In this document: in pieces, positions 19,119 through 27,897 of the stretch | Numbering within the stretch: position 1 is the first letter of the stretch | Layout: each line of letters starts with the position of its first letter | Assembly: GCA_036405975.1 (NCBI GenBank) | Contig: DASWWM010000034.1 | Span: 4,675 to 68,674 of the forward strand | Length of the DNA stretch: 64,000 nucleotides | Source of the DNA: Minisyncoccota bacterium | GTDB lineage: Bacteria; Patescibacteriota; Minisyncoccia; Phycocordibacterales; CAIZLB01 | Reading direction: 5' to 3' | Program-made: the position numbers and the translations under genes | Notes under the pieces: generated by a model | Told to the model about the DNA's origin: nothing | Seen by the model: the letters and a program-made list of their open reading frames with translations, nothing else | The model's database searches: none

Positions 19119-19712
19119 TTACGCATTGAACAGATTATCCTTGTCGGTCTCGATTCGGCTGACCAACTCCTTGAAGATGGCCTCGATCGTTTTATCCACT
19201 GCAACTTTTGGCATTTTCATGCTCGTGAGCATTTCTAGTGTCACATTGTTCTTTTTCCATGTTCTGCCTCCGTCGAGATATATGCTGAGGACGGGCTCAA
19301 TTTTGTCTAATGCATAAATGAATTTGCTTTCATCGTCCTCTCTGGCTTCGTATCGGTCGATAGCGTCGTGAAGTTCGGGGAACTCTGGGAACTCGCTTCT
19401 CAGTCTTCGGGCAGCTTCTTGCTCCTTGTTATGCTTGCTGTTCAGGACATCTGCATCTGTCTGATAAAAGAATGTGTCTCCGGCATATATTTCAACCAGG
19501 TCATGTGCAAGGGCATAAGAGAAAAGCTTGCTTAGATCCAAGTCAAGCTTGTACGTCGAATGGATATGCCAAGCAAGCATCGCGAGCGTGAATGAATGCT
19601 CGACGTCGTTTTCGTTCTGGTCACTCTTGTGCACGAGCAGGCTTCGCTCGATCGTTCGGTATTGATGCAGAAGGTTGGTGAATTTGAGAAGCTGGTCCAG
19701 GGAAGGGTTCAT
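19119..19712 (-). CDS. HD-domain phosphohydrolase (YfbR/HDDC2-like)
   Basis: ENDVEHS, AHDLVEIYAGD, ALDKIEP; start MNPSL at 19712. Confidence 0.88.
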   Translation of the reverse strand: MNPSLDQLLKFTNLLHQYRTIERSLLVHKSDQNENDVEHSFTLAMLAWHIHSTYKLDLDLSKLFSYALAHDLVEIYAGDTFFYQTDADVLNSKHNKEQEAARRLRSEFPEFPELHDAIDRYEAREDDESKFIYALDKIEPVLSIYLDGGRTWKKNNVTLEMLTSMKMPKVAVDKTIEAIFKELVSRIETDKDNLFNA

Positions 19713-19788
19713 GGCGGTAGGCGTTGGAATATTGGCTAATTCTAACCCGGCCTGGATTTTGGGCAAATCTACCAGGGATTTCCTTGTT

Positions 19789-19962
19789 GTGCTCTCTTCG
19801 GAATCTCCGACTACGTCGGCGGGTGGCTTTCCGGTTTCCTCGAATGGCAGTTCTCGAAAACACGGAAAGTCCTTTCGATTCCTGACGCAGGCAAAGCAGT
19901 TTGCCTGCTTCTCGGCATCGGCATAAGTAAAAGGCGCCCATTCCAGGCGCCTTTTACTTATG
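19789..19962 (-). repeat. tRNA-3'-linked structured element, copy A (after tRNA-Arg GCG)
   Basis: Hairpin 19922-19962; hairpin 19887-19908; 11-bp inverted copy of tRNA T-arm 19874-19884; core 19804-19820 identical to 27953-27969; direct copy GTGCTCTC 19789-19796. Confidence 0.8.
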
Positions 19963-19964
19963 GG

Positions 19965-20036
19965 TGCTCTCGACAGGAATCGAACCTGTATTTTAGCTTC
20001 CGCAAAGCTATGTCCTATCCATTGAACGACGAGAGC
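19965..20036 (-). tRNA. tRNA-Arg(GCG)
   Basis: GCTCTCG acceptor, TAGCT-TTGCGGA-AGCTA anticodon arm, TTCGATT T-loop. Confidence 0.92.
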
Positions 20037-20105
20037 GGGGAAGTCCACAGGATGTGCACATGTGTACGGAATCTGTGGATATTCAGGAAAATATCATGAA
20101 GATGG

Positions 20106-20579
20106 CTAGAAGCCAAAGTATTCAAGGACCTTCTGGCCAAGCGGCTCAGGGTGATGGTCCTCGAGGAGGTTCTCGAGAAGGAAGTCTCTCACATCGTCAG
20201 GATCTGTTCCGTCGAGCGGGATTGCGATGAGGGGAACCATCGCCTTTCGCGACTTGATGATGAGCTTTGAATGCCCGTTTACGTGACGGTTATCCTCAAC
20301 CCAGAATGAGTCGAGCGTTGCGTAGGGGTAAAGTGTCCGATCGATCATCACGCCTTTTTTGCTCACTTCAAATCTGACGATCTCTGGCCTCCGGGAGGCA
20401 AAAAGGGAAAGGGCAAATGCCGCGACGATGATGAGGAGGGCGAAAAGGGCGTCACCGAAGATGACTGAAAGTATTGCAATCGAGACGGCTATGATGCCGA
20501 CCGCCCAGTACCAGTCCGAAGTCTTCTCCTGAAAGAAGTATTCGTGAGTTTCCCAGATAAAAGGACCCTTGTATGCCAT
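20106..20579 (-). CDS. Conserved hypothetical membrane protein
   Basis: 157 aa; K..DWYW, two TM, soluble domain with YPY..LDSFWV. Confidence 0.8.
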   Translation of the reverse strand: MAYKGPFIWETHEYFFQEKTSDWYWAVGIIAVSIAILSVIFGDALFALLIIVAAFALSLFASRRPEIVRFEVSKKGVMIDRTLYPYATLDSFWVEDNRHVNGHSKLIIKSRKAMVPLIAIPLDGTDPDDVRDFLLENLLEDHHPEPLGQKVLEYFGF

Positions 20580-20626
20580 GCCGCTATTCTACCATACAAA
20601 TAATTTTTGAAATGTCATGATTCTTG

Positions 20627-21163
20627 TCATTCGTGAACAACCACGGTCTTTGGATTGTAGATCGTGAAGTATAGGGAAAGTGCGGAGGCGGTCGCCGTTA
20701 CGAGCACGCCGATCCAAAAAAAGATATTACCGATGCTTGCGGTGTATTCAAGGGCGCCTGCTTTTGTGAGAATGTAATTCCAGTCATGGATCACGGATTC
20801 TCCTCCCAGGAGTGGAAGTTGCATAGTGATGGCGTCCTTAACATATACGGAAGTGTTTATGAGGCTTTGCCCAAGCCAGAGTGACATGATCGAACCTGCA
20901 TAGTAGCTTCCTTTGGCGGTGAAATAGGACACGAGAAAAGCGGGAATTGCGAGCTGCAAAAATGGCCCTCCGAGTATTCCCACAAACTCTCCAAGCAGCC
21001 TGAATATGGTGTGGCCCGCCTCGTGGAAGGCAAGGTTGGTTGAGTCAAGGAATGAGCCATCAACCGGGTTCGCTGCGTAGATGAAGAATAGGACGATGAA
21101 AAATAAAGTGGCCAATCCTTGGATTGCGGAGAAGGCGAAATCAAATGCTGATCGGGCTTTCAT
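20627..21163 (-). CDS. Membrane protein with HExxH motif (M50-like metallopeptidase)
   Basis: FHEAGH, IHDW, multiple TM segments. Confidence 0.7.
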   Translation of the reverse strand: MKARSAFDFAFSAIQGLATLFFIVLFFIYAANPVDGSFLDSTNLAFHEAGHTIFRLLGEFVGILGGPFLQLAIPAFLVSYFTAKGSYYAGSIMSLWLGQSLINTSVYVKDAITMQLPLLGGESVIHDWNYILTKAGALEYTASIGNIFFWIGVLVTATASALSLYFTIYNPKTVVVHE

Positions 21164-21195
21164 TGCCTTCAGTATATCAAAACGGACGCATTCAT

Positions 21196-21684
21196 TTATG
21201 CCCTGTGTCTGTATTCGTATGAAAGTCTATTGTATTCGTCGGTCGGGTAGGAGCAGATGCCGGCATCGTTCCAGAGGGCAAACTCCGCGACGCCCGAGTC
21301 GAGGGCGAATCTGCTGCAGACTGTGCAGAACGGTTCTCCTGACTTGAGAATGTTTCCGGCTTCGTCCGCTCGCGTGAAATACAAAGTCGAGCCCTGTATT
21401 TCATTTGGGTGATTTTTAACCGCATTGAGAATCGCGCGCCATTCGGCATGCATGCAGCAGGTCCTGTCATATTTTGGTTTACCTGCGAAGTCGGGCTCAA
21501 GACATCGTCGGCAGGCAAGGTTATCAAGCGGGGGTGCGTTGTATCCCTGGCCGATTACCTTTCCGTATTTCACGATGACGGTACCGCATTTTGCTTTGAG
21601 ACAAAGAGCCTTCTCTGCGACCTTTGCGGCTTCGTGCATCCAGTGGGTGGCTTGTTGTTCGGATTCGCCCGCGATATATTTCAT
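21196..21684 (-). CDS. Zn-dependent cytidine/dCMP deaminase-family protein
   Basis: GYN, HAE, PFCTVC. Confidence 0.85.
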   Translation of the reverse strand: MKYIAGESEQQATHWMHEAAKVAEKALCLKAKCGTVIVKYGKVIGQGYNAPPLDNLACRRCLEPDFAGKPKYDRTCCMHAEWRAILNAVKNHPNEIQGSTLYFTRADEAGNILKSGEPFCTVCSRFALDSGVAEFALWNDAGICSYPTDEYNRLSYEYRHRA

Positions 21685-21724
21685 GTTTATTCAATCCAGG
21701 GATCTGGAACTTGGACTGGTTTGT

Positions 21725-22003
21725 TTAGTTGGCGTCGGTGCATCTGAAATCCCTGTCCGGGGACTCAGATTTTGCGACCTTTACCAGGTACTCACATGTT
21801 TCAATGTTATCAGCGTAACCAAAGACAAGCATCATTCGTTCCCATCCGACTGATGAATTCATCATGAACCACTGTGCTGGTATGTTCAAGCCTCCTCTCG
21901 GATGTCTTTCGACTGCTTCGAACAGGTCAGTATTTCTATGTGAGTATCCGGTAAAAAAACCAACAGCAATCGCGATCGTAAAAACTAAGAAGTTATTTTT
22001 CAT
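21725..22003 (-). CDS. Hypothetical exported/membrane protein (92 aa)
   Basis: Start MKNNFLVF, hydrophobic N-terminus, two Cys; ATG overlaps the tRNA-Ser CCA. Confidence 0.65.
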   Translation of the reverse strand: MKNNFLVFTIAIAVGFFTGYSHRNTDLFEAVERHPRGGLNIPAQWFMMNSSVGWERMMLVFGYADNIETCEYLVKVAKSESPDRDFRCTDAN

Positions 22004-22092
22004 GGCGGAGAGAGGGGGATTCGAACCCCCGATGGGATTGCTCCCATGCCACCTTTCCAAGGTGGTACATTCGACCGCTCTGCCATCTCTCC
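22003..22092 (-). tRNA. tRNA-Ser(GGA)
   Basis: GGAGAGA acceptor, CCACC-TTGGAAA-GGTGG, long variable arm, encoded CCA. Confidence 0.95.
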
Positions 22093-22243
22093 ATGGGTTC
22101 ATCATATACGGAGTTTGAAGGATGTTCAATTTGTTTGAAAAAAAATGGGGAGGAGGTGAGATGGGTGCAATCTCGCACATACTCCCGCAAAGATAAAGAA
22201 AAAAGCACATACCCTTACAGGTACATGCTTTTTTCTTTATGTG

Positions 22244-22330
22244 CGGAGGAGGTGAGATTCGAACTCACGGGCCCCGTAAAGGGCCTTCTGTTTTCAAGAC
22301 AGACGCATTCGACCACTCTGCCACTCCTCC
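22244..22330 (-). tRNA. tRNA-Ser(TGA)
   Basis: GGAGGAG acceptor, TCTGT-CTTGAAA-ACAGA, long variable arm. Confidence 0.95.
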
Positions 22331-22479
22331 GCGTATGACTATATATTAAAGCTGGTTTTTTTTCAACTTTTTGACATACTAGGGAAGAAAGGCCGTTTTC
22401 GCCCATAAAACAAAGGAGAAAACGGCCTGGTTGTCAGGACCGGGCGGTCCGACATCCCAAAGATACACGCTAAAATAAC

Positions 22480-22869
22480 ATGAAATACCTCGGCATTGAT
22501 TTCGGCACGAAAAGAATTGGATTGGCTGTTTCGGATGAGGCAGCCACTTTGGCTTTTCCAAAGTCGATCGTTCAGGGTGGCAAAGGCGCTGCCGCTGAAG
22601 TCGTTGCATTCTGCGAGAAGGAAGGGGTTTCCGTTGCGGTCATCGGCGAATCAAAGAATTTCAAAGGTGAGGAAAATGCGATCATGGAAAATACTCGGGG
22701 GTTTGCCAAAGAGCTTGAGGCAGCCGGGCTCAAGGTCGTATATGAGCCTGAGATACTTTCAACGGTTCAGGCGCAACAGATACAAGGGGATACAGGGAAG
22801 CTTGATGCATCAGCGGCAGCCATCATCCTTCAGAGTTATCTAGACAGGCTTAAGTTTCAATCAAATTAA
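22480..22869 (+). CDS. ruvX: RuvX/YqgF pre-16S rRNA nuclease
   Basis: LGIDFGTKRIGLAVSD, E.LST, DASAAAIILQSYL. Confidence 0.93.
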   Translation: MKYLGIDFGTKRIGLAVSDEAATLAFPKSIVQGGKGAAAEVVAFCEKEGVSVAVIGESKNFKGEENAIMENTRGFAKELEAAGLKVVYEPEILSTVQAQQIQGDTGKLDASAAAIILQSYLDRLKFQSN

Positions 22870-22885
22870 TCTCAATACCACATAT

Positions 22886-23305
22886 ATGAATACTGAAAAT
22901 ACAAATACAACGAATGCCGAGTCTGAAGTTCCGGCTGCAGGGGTACCAGAAGAATCTGCCCAGCCAATGTCTGCACCTGTATACGCATCAATCGATGACT
23001 TTGTGAAAATTGAAATGAAGATTGGAAAAGTTCTAGAGGCCGTTCCTGTCGAAGGATCTGAAAAACTCCTGAAGCTGAAGGTTGATTTTGCTGAGGCTGA
23101 ACCACGACAGGTCCTTTCTGGAATTGCTAAATTCGTGACGCCTGAAGATTTGATCGGGAATTCATTTCCTTTCGTAACAAACCTTAAGCCTCGACCGATG
23201 ATGGGTCTTGAGAGCCAGGCAATGATTCTCGCAGTGAATGACGATCAGAATTTTGCGCTTCTTAAGCCTACTGCCGAAATAAAAGCAGGAACGAGCCTGA
23301 AATAA
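22886..23305 (+). CDS. Stand-alone tRNA-binding OB-fold protein (MetG C-domain/Trbp111/CsaA-like)
   Basis: IDDF.K.E.KIGKV, KLLKLKVD, RQVLSGI, NLKPR.M.G.ESQAMIL. Confidence 0.88.
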   Translation: MNTENTNTTNAESEVPAAGVPEESAQPMSAPVYASIDDFVKIEMKIGKVLEAVPVEGSEKLLKLKVDFAEAEPRQVLSGIAKFVTPEDLIGNSFPFVTNLKPRPMMGLESQAMILAVNDDQNFALLKPTAEIKAGTSLK

Positions 23306-23332
23306 TTCTGACTTTGTCGTATAATGGGCGAA

Positions 23333-24418
23333 ATGAGTATCGCTCAGAAACTGTTCAAATATTTTCCAGCCCCTCGCATCATCTCGATGCCTCAGGTCGG
23401 AGTTGAGATAACTGCGACTTCGATCAGGTATATGGAGCTTGCGAGGTCGGGGGACGGAACAAAGCTCGGCAGGTACGGCACGCAGGAAGTTCCTGGCGGT
23501 GTATCGCTCAGGGAATCTCTCGTCGCAAACAAGGATCTCGTCGCGGCATTGAAAAAGATCCAGAGAGCAAACCGGTTCCAGTTTGCTGAAGTCTCCATTC
23601 CCGAGGAAGACTCGTACCTGTTCACGACAGAGATACCTCTTGGCGAAGACGAGGAGATTCGAAGCCATATCGAGTTTCACCTTGAAGAGAACGTTCCTGT
23701 CAGCCTCGCTGATGCGGTCTTCGACTACCATGTCATCCATAAGGATGAAAAGAAGGGGACAGGCTTCGCTTCGGTCTCGGTCGTGCAGAGGTCTGTCATT
23801 GATCAGTACATAGATCTGTTCGAAATGTGCGGCATGACGCCTATCTCATTCATTATTGAGAACCAGGCTCTGGCAAAGGCTCTCACTCCTCGCAATGCCG
23901 ACTTCTCGTCGCTCATTGTCCATGTCGGCGCCGTAAAGACCGTTCTTTCGGTTGTCAGCGAGGGTGCCGTTCAGTTCACCTCGACCGTGAGTATCGGGAG
24001 CAATGACTTCACTGCAGCCATCGCAAAGGAGTATGGCATCTCGCCTGTCGAAGCAGAACGGCTCAAGCAGGAGAAAGGGTATCTGAAGAATCCGGAGAAC
24101 AATGAGTTCTTCATGCTCCTCATCAATGCCGTATCCGCACTCAGGGACGAGGTCCAGCGCGTGTACATGTACTGGCAGACCCATTCTGAGAAGAATGGGA
24201 AGCAGGGCTCGCAGACAAAGGTTATCCTTGCCGGCAGAGACTCATCTATCATCGGATTCAGGGAATATCTTGCCCTCTCGCTCAAGGTTCCGGTAGAGCT
24301 TGCGAATGTCTGGGCAAACGTATTCACCTTCGACAAGGAAATTCCGCCGATCGAGTATCTTGAATCGCTCGACTATGCGGTCGCGGTCGGTCTCGCTCTA
24401 CCAAAAAATACAGACTAG
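23333..24418 (+). CDS. pilM: Type IV pilus assembly protein PilM
   Basis: Actin-like fold: VGVEI...IR..EL, VHVG...T, ILAG, YAVAVGLAL. Confidence 0.85.
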   Translation: MSIAQKLFKYFPAPRIISMPQVGVEITATSIRYMELARSGDGTKLGRYGTQEVPGGVSLRESLVANKDLVAALKKIQRANRFQFAEVSIPEEDSYLFTTEIPLGEDEEIRSHIEFHLEENVPVSLADAVFDYHVIHKDEKKGTGFASVSVVQRSVIDQYIDLFEMCGMTPISFIIENQALAKALTPRNADFSSLIVHVGAVKTVLSVVSEGAVQFTSTVSIGSNDFTAAIAKEYGISPVEAERLKQEKGYLKNPENNEFFMLLINAVSALRDEVQRVYMYWQTHSEKNGKQGSQTKVILAGRDSSIIGFREYLALSLKVPVELANVWANVFTFDKEIPPIEYLESLDYAVAVGLALPKNTD

Positions 24419-24436
24419 CGTACAATAGGAAACGAT

Positions 24437-25072
24437 ATGCTCCATCTTCTTACTGAAGAACACAAGGCGAAAATTATCAGGCAGTACCGAATGAGACTTC
24501 TCATCGTGCTTTGCCTCGGCATCGTTCTGACGCTTGTCGCCGCTGCCATCTTCCTCATTCCTTCCTATGTGATCTCCTTCAGCGCGTACTCCGAGGTGCA
24601 GGCCGAGAAGAATAGGCTCGTCTCTCTTGTTGCGGCAAAGCAGACGGACGCTTTGGCAAATGACGTGAAGGAAGTCTCAAACACTCTCGAGGCACTCAAG
24701 TCTCATGCAGACAGGAGGAATCCGACTCGAATCTTTGAGCGGATTGTTCAGGGCAAGCCATCCGGCGTCTCTGTGACAAGCTTCGCCTATACGCCCGAAT
24801 CGGACTCGCAGGTCACTGTGGACGTTGCGGGGAAGGCAAATACTCGAGGGTCACTTTCGTCATATGTAGACATGCTGAAGGCTGACAAGGTATTCTCAGG
24901 GGTCTCCATCCCGCTTTCCAGCTTTGCCCGCGAGCGAGACATCTCATTCAATCTGAAGATTTCGGTGAACACGGCCGATGAATCATGGATATTCAGCGCT
25001 CCGGAAGCTTCTGTGGTCGAGGAGGCTGCGATGCCGTCGATGGTTCCTGCGACTTCGACAGATAGCCAGTAA
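24437..25072 (+). CDS. PilN-like protein
   Basis: MLHLL N-terminal motif, single TM, coiled coil, G.A..R ferredoxin-like domain; follows pilM. Confidence 0.75.
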   Translation: MLHLLTEEHKAKIIRQYRMRLLIVLCLGIVLTLVAAAIFLIPSYVISFSAYSEVQAEKNRLVSLVAAKQTDALANDVKEVSNTLEALKSHADRRNPTRIFERIVQGKPSGVSVTSFAYTPESDSQVTVDVAGKANTRGSLSSYVDMLKADKVFSGVSIPLSSFARERDISFNLKISVNTADESWIFSAPEASVVEEAAMPSMVPATSTDSQ

Positions 25073-25078
25073 AACATC

Positions 25079-25660
25079 ATGAGCAAAACAACCCGAATCT
25101 TCATACTCAGTCTTCTGGTCTCGCTTGCTTCTGTTGCGGGGTACGCCTACGGCACCTCGTATGTATCAGGCCTTTCAGAAAAGACACGTGCGGCAAAAAG
25201 CGACGTTGAACTAGCTGAAATAAAATACCGGCACATCCTCTCGCTTGAGAAGGCTGCACAAAATACTAACAGTGAGACTTCTCAGATAAACGAGTTTCTC
25301 ATCCAGCCAAATGCGGCGATCGGGTTCGTCACGAAGATCGAGTCTGATGCGGCTGATCTCGGTCTCAGCTATAACACCGATTCAATCGAGGTGCGAAACA
25401 CTGAGGCCTTGAGCGCACAGGGAAAGGAGCTCGTTGTCGTAAGCTTTACGGCAAGCGGCAGATGGGCATCAGTATTCAAGATGATCAAGAGCGTCGAGAA
25501 TCTTCCATATGCAGTCAAGTTCGATAAGATCGATCTGGTCATGCTCGGCGATTCGAATCCGGCACAGGCAGTTTCAGCGACAGGCACGACGCCTTCCGTA
25601 CGGGAAAAGAACTGGAAGGCGTCGATGATCTTCACAGCAGTTAAGATGCAGGACAAATAA
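25079..25660 (+). CDS. PilO-like protein
   Basis: TM, coiled coil, G.W......I..VENLP pattern; third gene in the pilMN cluster. Confidence 0.65.
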   Translation: MSKTTRIFILSLLVSLASVAGYAYGTSYVSGLSEKTRAAKSDVELAEIKYRHILSLEKAAQNTNSETSQINEFLIQPNAAIGFVTKIESDAADLGLSYNTDSIEVRNTEALSAQGKELVVVSFTASGRWASVFKMIKSVENLPYAVKFDKIDLVMLGDSNPAQAVSATGTTPSVREKNWKASMIFTAVKMQDK

Positions 25661-25661
25661 T

Positions 25662-25976
25662 ATGAAATCAAACTTCCTTGATAGGGCGAAAAACATAAGG
25701 CTGATCCGGAACAATCCTGACCGGGACTGGGCCGTACTTTTCACGTTGCTTTTGATCCTCGTCGTCTGTGCTCTTGCTTGGAGCGTCTATTTCTTCTTCG
25801 GGATCGTTCGGGATATCGAAGAGGTTCAGGCATATAAGGATACCAAGGTGCAGAACAATCTTGATGGGACTGAAGCCGAGCTGAAGAACATCATAGATAC
25901 ATACGAGAAGAGGAAGGCTGAAGGGCAGAAGCTGAAGGGCAGCTATCCCGTGCTTGGCGACCCGTCGGTATTTTGA
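25662..25976 (+). CDS. Hypothetical single-TM protein in the pil operon
   Basis: 104 aa, PDRDW plus TM; 1 nt after previous gene. Confidence 0.7.
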   Translation: MKSNFLDRAKNIRLIRNNPDRDWAVLFTLLLILVVCALAWSVYFFFGIVRDIEEVQAYKDTKVQNNLDGTEAELKNIIDTYEKRKAEGQKLKGSYPVLGDPSVF

Positions 25977-26042
25977 TAAGGTACTGGTGCCGCGCAATGC
26001 AACGGTTAAAAGACTTTGATGTGCATTGCGCGGCAGACACAT

Positions 26043-26114
26043 GCCCTTGTAGTTCAATGGATAGAACTGCGGACTTCTAAGCCGTTAATCTAGGTTCGAT
26101 TCCTAGCGGGGGCA
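26043..26114 (+). tRNA. tRNA-Arg(TCT)
   Basis: GCCCTTG/CGGGGGC acceptor, loop CTTCTAA, CTAGG-TTCGATT-CCTAG. Confidence 0.92.
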
Positions 26115-26223
26115 CCCGATTTAAAAAGCCGAGCTCGTCTCGGCTTTTCCTTTACTCGCTCCTCTTCTTGAGCTACTGTTTGCCCAGAAATTCAAAAATC
26201 AAACCAAGAGAAAGGGTGAAAAA

Positions 26224-27123
26224 ATGATCAAGATCAGCAAATCATCATTCCTCAAGGTATTCGGAAGGGTCTTTGAGGCGTACGAAAGAAAGTCAGGAAT
26301 CTTTGCCGAGCATTCGGCGGAAGTCTCGGGTCCTCAGCACATTCATTGTCCGCAAGGCATTGAGCGGGGAAGCCCGGATCATCTGTACTGGCTGGCACTC
26401 GTTGCCATGTCAGACAGAAGGACAAACAGCATGGTTTTATACCGGAACTTCGCAAAGATGTTCGGGGATAATCCCAGTTTGTTTGTCAGAGGCGTATTGT
26501 TGGAGGTTGAGACTGTAACCGTGCTCTTTCGCACATACAAGATTGCTTTGCCCGTAAGCGAAATAGCTTTCTTCATTGAGCGAAAAAGGCATTTGGATGA
26601 ATGTTTCCGAGGCGATCCGCTTCTCATATATGACTGCGTGAAGAACGTATCTGAACTTATGCGAAAGCTCAAGTCGATCGCTCGTTCTCGCGGAATTGGA
26701 AATATCTTTCCGGGAGCAAAAGAGAAAATCTTCTGCTTGCTCGCGATGTTTCTGAGAAAGTTCTCGGGACTGCAATTCGCCGATGTCGTTCCTGTCGACG
26801 TATGGGTCCAATCCATAAGTGTCTCTACGAGAGTCGTGAAAGGGAAGGGCCGAATGAGCTTCGGTGGATTGGGTAAGCGCCTGCGACCCTTGATGCAGAA
26901 GGCATTCCTTCCGTATCTGGATGTTCCTGGTGCCACTGACGCAACCTGGATACTGGGGAAGTTCGGCTGCACTCTTTGTGCGGGTAAGGATATGACGACT
27001 CTCTGCCCTTTGTACGACATTTGTCGCGGTCCATTCGAGAGGCCGCGCAATCAGGTGTCGAACAAGCATGTCGGGATGGTCGAACTGCCTCCGAAGTATA
27101 AAAGAAGGTGTTCTGAAAAATGA
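26224..27123 (+). CDS. Divergent HhH-GPD superfamily protein with C-terminal Cys cluster
   Basis: FPGAKEKI (HhH-like), VPVDVWV (PVD motif), CTLC...CPLYDIC. Confidence 0.6.
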   Translation: MIKISKSSFLKVFGRVFEAYERKSGIFAEHSAEVSGPQHIHCPQGIERGSPDHLYWLALVAMSDRRTNSMVLYRNFAKMFGDNPSLFVRGVLLEVETVTVLFRTYKIALPVSEIAFFIERKRHLDECFRGDPLLIYDCVKNVSELMRKLKSIARSRGIGNIFPGAKEKIFCLLAMFLRKFSGLQFADVVPVDVWVQSISVSTRVVKGKGRMSFGGLGKRLRPLMQKAFLPYLDVPGATDATWILGKFGCTLCAGKDMTTLCPLYDICRGPFERPRNQVSNKHVGMVELPPKYKRRCSEK

Positions 27124-27184
27124 CACAAGGCCCGCACAATTTTATGTGCGGGCCTTTTTAGTTCTTATTCTTCAGGTTGGGCAT

Positions 27185-27844
27185 TTAAATACATAAGTAG
27201 ATCAGGGCGAGAATAATCATATTTGCTGGATAGAACCAGTAGAACCACCATCTCGATATCCGAGGACCCAAATTTCCGTTGTAGAACAAGATGGGCACGA
27301 TGCCAAATACGGCAAATGCCTGGATGAGATTCAATCCGGTAAGAGAAATCCTTGCCGCTTCAAGGACGGGAATCGTTGTGAGGCTGGCAACTCCCGCATC
27401 TTTGCTCTTCAGATACAGTCCGCTTGCGAGTATGGTCAGTATTCCATATATGCCATACGACGCTCCACTCACATATGCAATTACGAGAATGATGATGTTC
27501 GTTGAGATTCGAAGTGGCAGGCTTTTGATTTTGTCCGCGGCAGCAAGCGCTGCGACTCCCAGGGCAAGGGTGAAGAAGATATTAAGTGAAAAGAAATCAT
27601 ACCCGCCTAATTCATGGAAATATTTATAGGGAATCTGTGAGATGATCCCGAATAGAAAGAGCCGTCCGAAGTACTTGTTGCGATCCTTTGTTTTTGAGTA
27701 CCCTTCTGCGATCAAGAAGGCGAATAGAGGGAAGGAGAGTCTGCCGATGATTCGCCATGCGATCTGTTCCGGGAAAAATAGAAATCCGATATGGTCGATG
27801 AGCATGGTGAGACATGCAAGGAGTTTCAGCTGGAGCGAATTCAT
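27185..27844 (-). CDS. TraX family membrane acyltransferase
   Basis: LKLLA..TMLIDH, IGRLSFPLFAFLIAEG, NIFFTL, FYWFYP. Confidence 0.9.
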   Translation of the reverse strand: MNSLQLKLLACLTMLIDHIGFLFFPEQIAWRIIGRLSFPLFAFLIAEGYSKTKDRNKYFGRLFLFGIISQIPYKYFHELGGYDFFSLNIFFTLALGVAALAAADKIKSLPLRISTNIIILVIAYVSGASYGIYGILTILASGLYLKSKDAGVASLTTIPVLEAARISLTGLNLIQAFAVFGIVPILFYNGNLGPRISRWWFYWFYPANMIILALIYLCI

Positions 27845-27897
27845 GCACCCTTTATTTTACAATAAAAACCGCACAGAGATCTTGTGTCTGGCTGAGC

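Noticed and set aside
19713-20048. N-terminal extension of the HD ORF
   Set aside because: Runs through the tRNA-Arg gene and the structured element; chance open frame
20041-20082. DnaA-box-like TGTGGATAT and TCCACA
   Set aside because: Better explained as arms of a tRNA leader hairpin; no box cluster
22004-22210. N-terminal extension of the 161-aa ORF
   Set aside because: Translates the tRNA-Ser(GGA) gene
26252-27139. Long antisense ORFs (223 and 229 aa)
   Set aside because: Shadows of the + strand gene, which has motifs and a downstream terminator
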